DNA of 63,859 nt, the filler included, from Intoshia linei (Eukaryota > Animalia > Orthonectida), in assembly GCA_001642005.1 (NCBI GenBank). It is 5 parts of 5 records of this genome, joined end to end, with 100 filler letters (N's around TTAATTAATTAA, not from the genome) between each part and the next. Parts side by side here need not be neighbours in the genome. Positions count along the whole stretch, not along the records: positions 1 to 24,950 come from LWCA01000516.1; positions 25,051 to 51,446 come from LWCA01000470.1; 3 more parts are not named here. One strand, written 5' to 3'. The notes beneath the pieces are model-generated. The model saw only the letters and a program-made list of their open reading frames with translations, did not search any database and had not been told where the DNA came from. Positions 13,001 through 33,790 of the stretch are shown here, one piece after another. The translations under genes were made by a program, and so were the position numbers. How positions within the stretch are numbered: position 1 is the first letter of the stretch; each line of letters begins with the position of its first letter.

Positions 13001-14692
13001 TTTAGTTTTAAAACAAGGGGTAATTTCTGGTTTTGATCATTAAGGTGTGCGTTTCGAAGGCTGAGATTTACGACAATTTTCATAATTTTAAAACTCGCCC
13101 AGAATTTATTTTTTATTTAAATTTTTGGGCTGGTTTTATTTTTAAACAAAATGGTAAATTGGTTTTTTGACCCTATAGGACTCAAATTCACAAACTGAAA
13201 AATAGATATCAACATCCCCTGAGAAAAACTATACTAGAATAATGAATAGAACAAAAATATGTGTCACAGGGGGTAAATGCTTAAAAAAGTTTGAGAAGCA
13301 CTGATTTACATAGTTAGAAATACACATTGTTATGTAAGGTTGCAAATTTTTTATTATTATTATTAAAGTGAAATCATGCATGATAAAATGTTAAGAAGCC
13401 GAATTATAAACAATCTACTAAAATAAGAAGCAATGCAAAATCAAATTATTTATTATACTTAGTATTCTATATTTAGTATAGTAATTAAAATGACGACACC
13501 CAATTCTTGGTCTTGTCCAATATAAGATTCTATACTACATATGTACGTGATTCCTAATATTGATATAAAAGCAGCATTTTCGAATGTATCCATTACATAA
13601 AAAGGATTTTTAACGTGCATTTCTGTAGCACCATAATCACATAATCCTTGATATTTGGCATATATATAATCTACTGGACATAGAGAACTGGTAAGTGTCA
13701 GAATAAATTCTTCACAAAAACTAGAGGTAGCATTAAAAAATGAAAAATTATCGACATCAACATAAAATCTTGTCCAATCTAAATCCGTGGGATCATGATA
13801 AGTATGAGCTACATATTCCGGTATAATGAAATTAACAAAAGTGGGTTTAGCTAACTCCATTTGTTTCAATATCTGTTGATGCTTAAAATGATAAGTCTTT
13901 TTTAGTGGGTATATATTATAAGTACTAAGATTTCTTGATTTACTGTTTTCAAAATATATGTAATTATCGACAAATTTTCAACCTTTAAGCAATCTGGATT
14001 TGAATGGTAGTAGACTTTTTTTGCTTGGTGGGAAATCAGTCATTATATTACATTTATTTGTCATTGATAGCATGTTATTCTTTGATGTATCTTTCAAAAT
14101 GCAACCTTCAAATTTATTAAAAGATATTTTTTTATTGTATTTTAACATTTTTTGTATTAATGTGTTGTATTCTTTCATTGTTTCAGGGTTAATCATGTAG
14201 TTCAAACTGTTTGAAGATAAATCCTCTACGATTGTATACTGTTTTGAATTTTTTTAAATTTTATTTATTTTTCTGTATTGTTCATAAAAATGTTTAACTT
14301 CATCCGTTGCTCCTTCAATTTTCATTTTCAAAACATTTTTTATAATCTTCAAATTTTAACACTATAGTCAGAGCAAACTATTGTTTTCCATATACAATAA
14401 AATTTTAAATTTAACTAACAGTTTCGATAACTAGACAGCTGTCTCAGTGAGGATTACTGTGACTCATATTATTTTATATTTTGTATATTTAGGTGAAAAA
14501 CCTTTTCCGTGTATGTTTAAAAATTGCCCAAGAAGATTTGCAAATTCATCGGATAGAAAAAAACATGGACATGTTCATTCTAAAATAAAGATGTTCAAAT
14601 GCCCTCTTTGTGGAAAATTATATTCACATCCCAGTTCCATGAGAAAACACGCAAAAACTCATTATGGATTCTTTAAATCAAAAAAAGAATGA
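10079..14692 (+). CDS. Zic: Zic-family C2H2 zinc-finger transcription factor, paralog B (exons 10079-11421, 12546-12703, 14493-14692)
   Basis: Asn-rich N-terminus, then [26 protein letters not shown]|[63 protein letters not shown]. Intron positions match paralog A. Confidence 0.93.
11495..11860. mobile_element. Foldback/MITE-like imperfect palindrome in Zic-B intron 1
   Basis: The left arm (tagaatgt..tgtgaaatgtacacatt..aattttggg..aaaccaaattttaaggg) is the reverse complement of the right arm over about 130 nt. Confidence 0.75.
12724..12810 (-). mobile_element. Helitron-like 3' end copy in Zic-B intron 2
   Basis: Reverse complement reads gtgctgtttgtacgtagtacataaaattaaagCTAG|T, homologous to 2840-2907. 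Confidence 0.55.
13459..14325 (-). pseudogene. Interrupted ORF of about 290 codons, unknown origin, nested antisense in Zic-B intron 2
   Basis: ATG at 14325, ORF 14205-13978 and ORF 13869-13459 are all in one frame, broken only by a TAA (~14254) and a TGA (13978). No family recognised. Confidence 0.55.
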
Positions 14693-15362
14693 TTTATACT
14701 TATTAATATCATTGTATATAATATACATGTTTATTAATTATATTTTATTTAAAACATCTTTTTATATTTATCACTGGTTGGACTGATTTGTACTGCATGT
14801 AAACAGAAGCTAGCTCTACCGAGAGCAGCCGTTTTAATTCTAACACCGATTTTTTACTTGATTACATACACTTAATCTTTTATGCTATACAGTGTAATCT
14901 TTTAATAGTAAATGATACTATTATTTTTTTAATTATAGGAATGTTATTTTAATAAAATAAATGAATATCAAAGTCTTGTATAATCGTGAAGGCTTCACAT
15001 TATGAAATTAATTTTTTTTTAAATTTTAGGACAATTTTGACTTTGTATAATTGAAATTTTAAATTAATTTGAGAAAATACAAATATTTTATTTAGCATGA
15101 TACATGTAGCTGTCGCGTTTTGTAAATAAAATTATTATAAGATAAATATTAAAGAAAAAGTAATGAATTTTTAAATTTATTTACAACAATTATATACAAA
15201 ATATAATCGTTTAAATTTCATTATACTATACCTGATAAAAATAAAATTTTTATTACATTTTTCAAGTGAAATAATAAATTTTTTATCAGATGTGTTAATA
15301 AAGTAGGTTGCAGCATTAATTTTGAGCTCATAAATATAAAAATCTTTTGAATAGAAATGCAT

Positions 15363-23168
<7,806 letters not shown>

Positions 23169-24950
23169 ATCTGATTCTTTCTTATTATTTAAAGTGACCG
23201 TTGGCTACTTTCAAATTTGACAACTATGAATCCTAATAAACAAGTATTACTTGTATAAATACTTGAAATTATTCTAACCAATTTATGAGTTAACATTAAA
23301 TTTAATAATCAAATCATGCATAAAGTAGCGTAGTTACTTTACAATACGAATCCTGTTTAATTTCAAACAGCTGCAGCCTGCAGTGTAAATTGTAAATAAT
23401 ACTGTTATATATACATTATATAACCTTACAAATATTTTTATACAAAGTTGGACAAAAGCTGTGAATTTTGAAAATGTAACAATAAAATTTAATTGAATTA
23501 CTCAATCAATCTTTTATTAAATCGAAAATCTGCTTTTTAAAATTTTCTTAAAATTTAAAAAACTATATTTATCACATAATGTACCTTTCTGGCTTCGTGT
23601 AAATTCAAATTAAAAATAATTTCAAATGCTGGTAACAATATAAAACATTAAAATAGGCTACAGCGAGCAATCAATCAACTCCAATGCAACATAAATGAAA
23701 TTCAAATAATGTTTCCAATCAATCGAAAATTGGATTTATTCTACTAAAAAGCTATGTACTCCGTCTACAATTTAATTCGAGTTCAACTTATACATTTTTT
23801 GAATTTATCTCAACAAATTTTTTAATGTTTCCCATTTGATTTCAAATGTAAAAATGTATTTAATTTATCCACCTTAAATACTTAATAATTAATTGTATTA
23901 GATCAGTCACATAATATTTATAATTTAAAAGTACAGCATGTGTGTATTTTGTATATTTTCTCCATCTGTTGAAAATTTTTAATTGATTTTTGGTTAAAAA
24001 ATTTAATTTGTTCTTGTTTCAATTTTATACAATTAAAATCTCAATATATGACATGTTAATTGCTGATTTGCCTAAATATCAGCTGTTTTGATTAACATAA
24101 AATTCATTACAGCAAATATACGCATACACATTGGCCTTCATTATTCAATATATGTAAATTGTTGCAAGGTTTTCAAGTTAAATTTGAATTGTATGATTAT
24201 GTTTCAATTAAAAACAATTATATTCTCCAAAATCTACATATCATTTTATCATTAAAATCTCATTACCTAGATATGTTTAGATATTTTATCGATTTTTATT
24301 CCTTGTAACATATTTTAATTCATATACAATGTATAATTGATATTTTGTAAATTGAAATGAGTATATATTTCAATTACAGTATTTTTACTTTTACCAGCTA
24401 ATGTATAAAAATAATGATTTTTATATTAGTAAAGATTTACAAATTTTTAATATATTTATATTTGTGTTAAAAATTTTAAACAAATGTTTTGAAAATGAGA
24501 ATTTGAAATTTTAGATTTGCATATCAATGAAAAAAAGCCCGAAGAAATCAATTATATAGAATTAAATCCATATTTATTTATTGGAAATGTGTAGACGTTC
24601 AATGCACATTTTTTTTGAAATTGTAAGATCAATATTTACATTTTCAATTTTTATTATACAAAGTATGTTAATCGAAATATTTGAAAAATATTGGTTGATA
24701 ATATATTAAAAATTATTTTTCATCCGGAATGCGTAGATTTCTNGAAATTGTAAGATCAATATTTACATTTTCAATTTTTATTATACAAAGTATGTTAATC
24801 GAAATATTTGAAAAATATTGGTTGATAATATATTAAAAATTATTTTTCACCCGGAATGCGTAGATTTCTCGGGTTGAACTTTTGTATTTATATCAGCTGG
24901 AATAAGCTCTATCAGAATAATTTTTTTTTTTTAATTTTCGGACCGTTAAT

Positions 24951-25050
24951 NNNNNNNNNNNNNNNNNNNNNNNNNNNNNNNNNNNNNNNNNNNNTTAATT
25001 AATTAANNNNNNNNNNNNNNNNNNNNNNNNNNNNNNNNNNNNNNNNNNNN
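24951..25050. other. Assembly gap with artificial TTAATTAATTAA linker (also 51447-51546, 60463-60562, 62699-62798)
   Basis: Identical 100-nt N-TTAATTAATTAA-N blocks, i.e. a six-frame stop linker. Confidence 0.97.
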
Positions 25051-25179
25051 TAAAAATACATCTATAGGCAAATATACTTTTTGATCTTTAAAAAAGTGGA
25101 CACCGTATTAGACATAGACATTTATTTTAATAATATAAGTAAATGATTATGTATATTTATTAAGGGATACATTTAAACT

Positions 25180-25810
25180 AACAGTAAATTAAATTCATTT
25201 AGCAGTAACATTACTTCAATTCACAGTATTTATTATCTGAGCTGTGATAAAATGGAACAATATTAATTTTGTTAACAAACAGTTTACTATTTAGTAAAAG
25301 AGATTTGTTTGATGGTAGGGAATTAATTGTAGAATTTTCTTCATGAGGATTGAACAGAGAGGCTTATCTGAATCATCTAATTTTAATATATTGGACTTGA
25401 ATGATTTACAATATTACCGATAGTAGAATAATTGTCTTCATGATGATTCAAAACTACTTCTTTTTTTATCTTAATTAAATGCAATTTAATTATAACAGTA
25501 ATAAGAATACAAAATAAGTTAAATGAAAAATTGAAATTTTGATTTAATACAGGTAAATGTAGACTAAATAGTAAAAGATTAATTTATTATTAACCGTGTA
25601 CGTCAAGTTTTATTAACATTTTTTGATTCACGTATAAATTATATATCAATGAATGTGATGAAATTTAAGAGCTATTAAGTTTAAATACGACAATTAATAA
25701 ATAATATTAATACGCATTAACGTTTTTTACTAAGCTACGCGTACTGTTAATTTTTTAAATATACTGTGAATTGAAGTAATGTTACTGCTAAATGAAGTTA
25801 ATTTACTGTT
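25180..25810. mobile_element. MITE-like element with terminal inverted repeats of about 50 bp
   Basis: aacagtaaattaa(a/c)ttcatttagcagtaacattacttcaattcacagtat at about 25180, with its reverse complement at about 25761-25810. Confidence 0.8.
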
Positions 25811-27539
25811 CATTTAAATCAGTGGTTCTTAACCTTTTTTGGAGAATCGCCCATTTTCAAACAAAAATAAAGATATCACCCCATAAAGAAAATCGATATT
25901 TTTTTAATTTACATCTAATCTACTGGTATGTTTTTGAATTTCTTAAAAAAATATTTGATGAGACACCCTAATATACATGTTAAGTGCATAATTTTCACTT
26001 TACAATACGAGTTTGGAAGAATGCATGAACTTGAAGAGTGACTCATTTATAACACATTATATTTATGACACATTTTCAATGTGATAAATTATCACATTAT
26101 CACTGATAATATATATTCATTACCAATTTAATAAATAATTAAAAATACCAATTATGTATCAATAATTAACGGAATCAGCACTTTAGAAACATATTTCAGG
26201 TGAATTTTACCAATATTGCAAAGGATTGAATAAATATAAAAATGATAATAACAAGTTGTATTACTTTTAGTAATTCGTTGTTGTAGTTTTAATTTAAATT
26301 TTAAACAAAATGTTTTTGAAAATGAGAATCAAAAATTACGCAGCAATGAAAAAAATCCCGAAAGAATCAATTACAGTATTCTCTCTATAACGTGTCATTC
26401 TTCGGATTTAGAAAAAGATAGAGAATTTATAACTATAGAAACAGTAGATATAACCTTTAAATTCAAGGTTAAATTACAATAAATTTTAAATTTTAATACA
26501 AATTGTAAAGTTTAATACCAATTAATTAAAATCCTTACTTATATAAAGTAAAATAGTTAATAATGTACTTATAAATGTCTATTTATTTGTTTATTTACTT
26601 ATACCAGTAAAATTAAATTTACATGTATTATTAAATTATGTGGAATTCATTCCTCAAATGGTTAACCCTTGAAAGTAAGGAGGTCGAGTTTTACAAATTC
26701 CATATTCTTATAACAGTTTTTCAGAATGATGTTTTATCGCAAATTTCAATTTCAGAAATTGAGTCCTTCAAGGTTAAAAACCCCAGTTGTTCTTTGCTTT
26801 TAAATTCAAATTCGTCCTAGAATTATAAAAAAACCCTCTAATAAAAAATTTTAAATGCACTAATATTATAATAATTTTCAATTTCAAAATCTTATATCTT
26901 CACGACCAAAACCACAAATTACCCTTTTTTGTAAAGATAAATAGTCTTAGAATTTTATGCAACATAAATTCTGGGATGGTTTTTAAATTCATAAGCCTTA
27001 TCATAAATTAGTTTTTATTATTATTTATTCTATTATGACAAAAGTGAATTCCATTATTCTATACAAAATATTATTCACTACATATTAATGATATTAAATT
27101 AATTATTAGTAAAATTAAACTGTTATATTTTTATTCTTTTTTTTGCTTTGCCGCGCAAATTTCAAATTTGCAAGTGTCTGCTTTATTAATTGCGCCATTT
27201 TGATACAGATAACATTTATTTAATTTGAGTAACTATTACAACAATAATTTTATTATACTTTATTTTCACTAGCTTTTTTGTTTTGCACGGCTTATAAAGA
27301 TGGCTAAATTTGCGTAAGGTAGACAGTGATATTGAATATATAATTGACATGGTGTCTGTATTATTATAATATTTTTTGGAAAGCATAGTGTACTTTAATC
27401 ATGGTAAATACAATAATAAAAAAATAAATATACAGTAAATGTAAATTTAATTTAAATTTGAAAATCGATAGTTACAAAATTTAAAAAAATTAAAATAAAT
27501 TAAATTTGTAATAGAATATTATCATTGTGTATTATCAAT

Positions 27540-29180
27540 TATGTTATGAAAAGAAGAACCTTAGAGGACATTATATGTAGTTTTGTTGTCAAAAGTAGTT
27601 TTTCATTTAGATCAATAGCTACAAATGAATGTATCCAATATTGCCTTAAACGCGATGGATTTTGTAAAGTATAAAGTCCGGTCAGTGTTCAAGCAATTGT
27701 TCATGCAGCTGCGGAAAAGCAGAGGAAAAAACTAATGAATCAATTTAAAATACTAATTTAATCTGGAGCGTCATTCTCATTGACTATAAATGAATGGACT
27801 TCAGTAAAAATTAGACTCTACACTAATATTAACGTACACGTTAATTCTACTTATTTTAATTTGGGACTGAAACGTATATCTGGGAAAATGTTAGTGATGG
27901 CTCTAAAGCACATGTTATTGAATTTTTAAAATCTTTCGATATTGATATCTCTGCAAATATTGTATGTTTGGTAACAGATGGGGCTCCTGTTATGGTAAAA
28001 ATGGGACAGTCAATGATTTGTGAACATCAAATATGTTTGGCTCATGGTTTGAATCTATGCGTAAAAGATCTTTTTATGTAAACAAAACAAAATCGAATAT
28101 AAACCAATCTAGTTTAATGCTATTTAAAAACGTAAATCTAGATTCTTATGAAAGTGAAAGTGAAAACGAACTTGAAGATAATGAACACGGAGATAAAGAT
28201 TTTGATTTAATACAAACTGCAGGTGATGTTATTCGAAAATTAAGAAAATGTGTAAAATTATTTAGAAAATCACTGACCCGAAATGATATTTTGCAAAAAT
28301 GTATCAAAAAAGACCATGGGACTGAATCACTTCTGAAAATAGATGTTTACACAAGATGGGGAAATCTTATCGAAATGATATCATCGTTCATAAAGGTTTA
28401 CCCTTAGATATCTGTCTTAGATGAAATGGCTGCTCCGATATTTTTTAATGACGGCGATGTTGACTTACTTCAATTTATGACATTTTGGAACCAATTCAGG
28501 TGGCAATGAAAGCTTTATGTCGTGAGGATGCAATTATACTATCTGCAGATACCATTTTTAAATTTCTCTTAAAAAAAATTTCTGGGATAAAAAGTATCCT
28601 ACATTGTATTATGTATAAATCACTGCGAAAAAGATATAATAAGCAAAGAAATAAAAATTTGATTTGTCTCATGCGTTATCTAAAAGATCCTAAATCACTA
28701 AACAAATTAGAAGTCGATCCTCTATTTGAAATGGTAGATAGGGATATCATTCGAAATCTTACAGTGTCATTAATTTCAAGGCTATTTAATAATCGTAAAA
28801 TTATTTTAGAGGATGTCACTGAAACTATTATTAATAAAAAAAGTTTGGAATATCGACTATTATCTACCTCAGAACAATTAGATTTGGAAATTAACACACA
28901 ATGTAACATGGATAAAAGAGTTGATACTTGATGTTGACACTATTGATAGTGAAGGTGATAATATTGAAATAATAGTTGATAGAGAAATGAAAATGTTTGA
29001 AGCTTCTATGAATCGAGTTGGTTATCTAGAAAAACTTTATATAGCATTGATGAATATTCGACAACTTCTATCTGTTCAGAGCAAGCATTTAGTCATTCAG
29101 GAATTATCATTTCCAAAATTAGAAATCGATTAGGTGATGAATCAATAAATGATATATGTTTTTTAAAAAATTATAAATAA
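27540..29180 (+). mobile_element. hAT-family transposase pseudogene
   Basis: FSLTINEWTS, LVTDGAPVM, ICLAHGLNLCV, DVYTRWGNL and the dimerisation motif SICSEQAFSHSGIIISKIRNRLGDESI. Frameshifted. Confidence 0.92.
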
Positions 29181-29526
29181 ATTTTTGAATGGTATTTCTA
29201 TATATAATTTCCTTTAAGAACAATATTTCATTTTTTACTGTTTTACTAGTAATTTTTTTTAAAATTTACTGGTAAATTGTTAACCCTAATTCCAACGTTA
29301 TTATACAATTATATTTAAATTCTTATTATTTTGTTAGAATAAGACTTATAATTGTAAGCTAAAATTTTATAAAATCGAAAGGTAAAAGCATTGGATTATA
29401 TTTTAAAAATTAGTGTACTTTTTCCTCTATATATAAAATAACATGCAACCGTAATATGAAAAATTTAACTAATAAATCCAAAAATTGTAAAATAAATTTT
29501 CGAGCGATAATTAAAAAAAATCCAAA

Positions 29527-31340
29527 ATGAACGAAAAAAAAGATTCTGAATTGGAAATAAAACAAAACGAATCAATCGACAATAAACTAGTAATAAAAGA
29601 CAATAATAAAACATTTCAAAATTTAAATTTAAAACAATGGCTGATAGATCAATGTTTAAAATTAGCCATAAAAAGTCCTACACCAGTCCAAACTGAATGT
29701 ATCCCTGAAATCTTGAAAGGAAATGACGTGATAGCTATAGCTGAAACAGGTTCCGGCAAAACAGCCACATTTGTACTACCAATATTACATCAACTATTTC
29801 AAGACCCATACGGAATATACGCATTAATATTAACACCAACCAGAGAATTAGCATATCAAATTTCTCAACAATTTAAATCATTAGGTCGCTCCGCATCAAT
29901 TCGAGTTTGTTTAATAACTGGAGGTCAAGACTTGGCTAAAGAATCTAGAGAATTATTGACTAAACCTCATATTGTTGTATCTACACCAGGTCGAATGGCA
30001 CATCATATTGAATCTAAAAATATCATACTAAACAAGATTAAATTTCTAGTAATGGATGAAGCTGACCGATTGCTCGAGGACAATTTTAATAGTCAAATTG
30101 AACAAATTTTTAAAGTCATTCCTGAAAATAGACAAACTCTGTTGTTTAGTGCTACCTCCACTAACGTTTTAAAATCTTTGCCTAGTTCTTCAAACAGAAA
30201 ACCATTTGTATATGGGCTCGATACCCAACCAACTACAGTTACTGAATTGGATCAAAGATATATTTTTATGCCTGCAAACATGAAGGACGCAGTTCTGTTT
30301 AGTCTTATTGATAAATTTGAACAAAAAAATCCTTACAGTTTGATTATGGTGTTTACAAATACTTGCAAGTATTGTCAAGTTTTAAAAATGGTTGCAATGA
30401 ATGTTGGACTCAAATGTGTTTGTATTCATTCTTTGATGAAACAGAAGGATCGCATTGATTCTCTCAATAGGTTCAAGTCTAATATTGTTAAAATTTTGTT
30501 TGCTACTGATGTTGCTAGTAGAGGTCTCGATATTCCCGCCATCGATCTTGTTGTCAATCATAATGTACCAACTCGTGCCAAGGATTATGTTCATCGTGTT
30601 GGGAGGACTGCTAGAGCCGGTATATTTTATACATTTCTTGATGATTTATTAGTTGGCCAAAAAAAAATCAATTTTCTGGAACCTTTTTCATTTTTGCAGA
30701 AATGGATCGGCTAATAATTTTTATTGCGGGTCAAAAAAAAATTGGATGTTTTTTATATTTTTAACTTAAATCTTATAGAACTCATCCAATTCTCTAATTT
30801 GAGAGTGTACACTTTAGTGCAGAGCCGAACCTACCATACTTGAGCACTCCCAGCTTCTCCTCCACTGGAAATCAAAAATAAGCTCTAAGAATTTTTTCAG
30901 AAACGAAGGTAATGGTATATAACCACTAACCACCTCAGTCGGTATGCACTTGAAAGTTTAAATTGACATCAAAATAGTTGATATTGAATATTATTGTTGA
31001 AAAACGATGATCCTACTTTATTACGTCGAGTCCCGTCAAGAAAACATCCTAGGTACTGTCGGTTATGCCGTTTAATGTATCAATTTCATTTTTTAAATTT
31101 AAATTTATTTATAATGTAGGCCGAGTTGGTTCTGCTATAACACTTGTAAACCAATTTGAAGTGAATTTACTTCATTCCATCGAAGATTCGATTGGTAAAA
31201 AACTGATTGAAAAAAAAGCAAATAACGACGAAATATTGAAAATTCTCACTGAAATCACCGTTTTAAAAAGAGGTTCGGAAATTAAACTTGAAGAAATTGA
31301 ATTTGGTGACAAAAGAAAGAAAAAAAGAAAAATTGTATAA
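29527..31340 (+). CDS. DDX49: DEAD-box RNA helicase DDX49/Dbp8 (exons 29527-30619, 31120-31340)
   Basis: PTPVQ, AETGSGKT, DPYGIYALILTPTRELAYQI, DEAD, SAT, VASRGLDIP, HRVGRTARAG|RVG. Confidence 0.93.
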
Positions 31341-31779
31341 AACTTTGCTTTCATGTAAATTAAACTTGAAATTTATTTATTCATTTTTGTATTTAAATTT
31401 TAATTGATTAAATTTATGTAATTCAACGTTTGTTGAATCCAATTAATCTTGGTCGATTTGATTTATAAACTCTTTCGCAACCAAATAGTCTCGAAATTTA
31501 AAAGAACTTACACGTTACAAAAAAAATTTTATCAATTTTTGACGAAAATTTTTTTTAATTATTATAAAATTTAAAATATTAAAAAATTGTAAAGTGAAAA
31601 TTAAAACTACAAAGATTACGAAAATAAAAATTAAAAAATTATTACAATTTGTAATTGACAAAATTGACAATTTAAAAATAAAGTTAGTCAAACTTATTTG
31701 GTTACATTTAGACAATTATCAATTATCGCTACATATTGTGGTTTATATTTATAATTTATTTCATTACAAATATCTGAAA

Positions 31780-33773
31780 ATGTATGAATCTTTATACCCC
31801 TTGTCTCTTCAAAAAGAAGATTTAGAAAAAATGCTTTTGTGTACTGTTCACATTGGCAGTAAAAATTGTCATTATCAAATGGAAAAATATGTTCACAAAA
31901 GACGTGAAGATGGTAATTTTGTATAAAAATTTAAAAAAATATAATTTACAAAATTAATTTTAGTTTTATTAATTTCAACTAAAGGGTGTTTATTTAGGTG
32001 TTCATTTAATAAATCCAATCAAAACATGGGAAAAAATTTTATTGGCAGCTCGCGTTATTGCTGCAGTCGATAATTCGGCAGATATTGTTGCTGTTAGTGC
32101 GAGAAATTCTGGTCAAAGATGTATGATTAAATTGTGTAAATATCTCGGTGGAACAGCTATCCCCGGTAGATTTACACCCGGTACTTTCACCAACCAAATT
32201 CAGGTATGATTACAAACTTTTTTATTGGTTTTTACTTAATTAAATTTATGTCTAGAAAGCTTTTAAAGAACCATCAATTTTGATTACTGTTGATCCTAAA
32301 AATGACAAACAGGCCATAACTGAAACTGGTTATGTTAATGTTCCCGTCATTGCTCTGTGTAATGTTGACAGTCCTCTCAAGAATGTTGATATTGCTATTC
32401 CATGCAATAATAACGTAATTTTTTTGTTGTAGAAAATGTATTTATCAGATTACTGGTAACTTGATAAATGTGTCACACAGAAATGTTGAACGCACGAAAT
32501 ATTTCCTAAAATTTTGAAACTTGGTAATAATGGTTCCATTGCATTTATTGCGGAACGTTAATTTCACATTTTATTTTTAGTCGAATATTTAAAACGATGA
32601 TAAAGATTAATAAAGAAACCTTATGAAAATATTGTCTTTATTACTTTTTCATATTCCTAATTTAACATTGAAGTTTTCAAAAATTTTTGAGATAGAAATC
32701 CAGACTTTTTAGTTTAAATATATAAGCTTACTTTTAATAGTTTTTGAAACGGATGAATATTTTAATTTGATTGATTATTGACCTTAAGGGTGTGACAATT
32801 TTAAAAATTAAGTCCAGGCTCGGAAAAAGTTGAGTAATTAATCAAAAATGACAATACAAAAAAAATAATTAAATTAGATAAATATTTGCCGAGACGCTTG
32901 CCAGTTTAAAGGTACCATACAAAATTAAAATATAACTTTTTTATGGAATGTTATCATGGTATGTGCTACCAATGATTTAAGTGATATTGAGTTGATCACC
33001 ATTTTTTTGATTATTCACTTTGTATCTTTAAATTCAATTCTACCTCGTTTACTTTTTATTTTATAAGTGTTTAAAGTTACAATTTTTAATTGATATCAAT
33101 TGTAACTAAAAACAAATAAAGTAAAGTTGAATTTAAAGATGCAGAGTTGATAACCAAACATGGTGATCAACTTAATAACAGTCAAATAATAGGTATCACA
33201 TCCCATGGTATCTTATGTCCTAAGCCAGCGATTCCAAAATGCAGATACGTGTAAAAACTTTTTGAAAATTGAATTTATGTCTATAATTTTAATTTAGTGA
33301 ACTGTGAGTATTTTCATAGTAAATTTCCCATTCGTTGTAAAAAAATACGAAAACCTGCCCTAAAAAACATGAAAAACTTTTACTTTATGTAAGTACGAAT
33401 TATTTAATTTAGAGCTATTTATCGATTGGATTAGTTAGCTATTTAATTACACGTGAAGTTCTCTATTTGCGAGGCGAATTGGATCGAAATGTTGGATGGG
33501 ACATTCAAGTTGACAATTTTTTGAGTATCGAAGAGGTAAATTTCAATTTAATGTGAAACTTTAAAATTTAATGAATAGATGGAACGAGAGAGGAAAAAGG
33601 GTGAACAAGATATGAATAGACGAGATGACAACATGCGAAATCTCAACGAGGAAGTAGAGGTATATATTTCAATTACAATTTATGTTAACATTTCATATTA
33701 GTTAAAGAATTCAAACAAAATGAGTGATCCAACAGACACTGAATTGGGAGAATGGGGTGGTCCAGCAGTGTAA
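31780..33773 (+). CDS. RPSA: 40S ribosomal protein SA/uS2 (exons 31780-31912, 31998-32203, 32256-32414, 33413-33535, 33579-33659, 33702-33773)
   Basis: [70 protein letters not shown]. Confidence 0.93.
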
Positions 33774-33790
33774 TAGATTGTGAAATAAAT

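Noticed and set aside
13459-14325. Stop-codon reassignment explaining the in-frame stops
   Set aside because: Host genes here end normally in TAA, TAG and TGA and have no internal stops.
24616-24870. Near-perfect tandem duplication of about 126 bp around a single N at 24743
   Set aside because: Typical unmerged contig-overlap artefact.
24951-25050. TTAATTAATTAA palindrome flanked by Ns, four times
   Set aside because: Artificial scaffolding linker; adjacency across these gaps is not proven.
30815-30950. GC-richer island in the DDX49 intron with an A-box-like TGGTTAGTGG on the minus strand
   Set aside because: No B box or cloverleaf; cannot support a tRNA, SINE or snoRNA call.
32415-33412. 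Intronic snoRNA in RPSA intron 3
   Set aside because: No convincing C/D or H/ACA boxes; the visible structure (about 32950-33210) is an imperfect foldback repeat.
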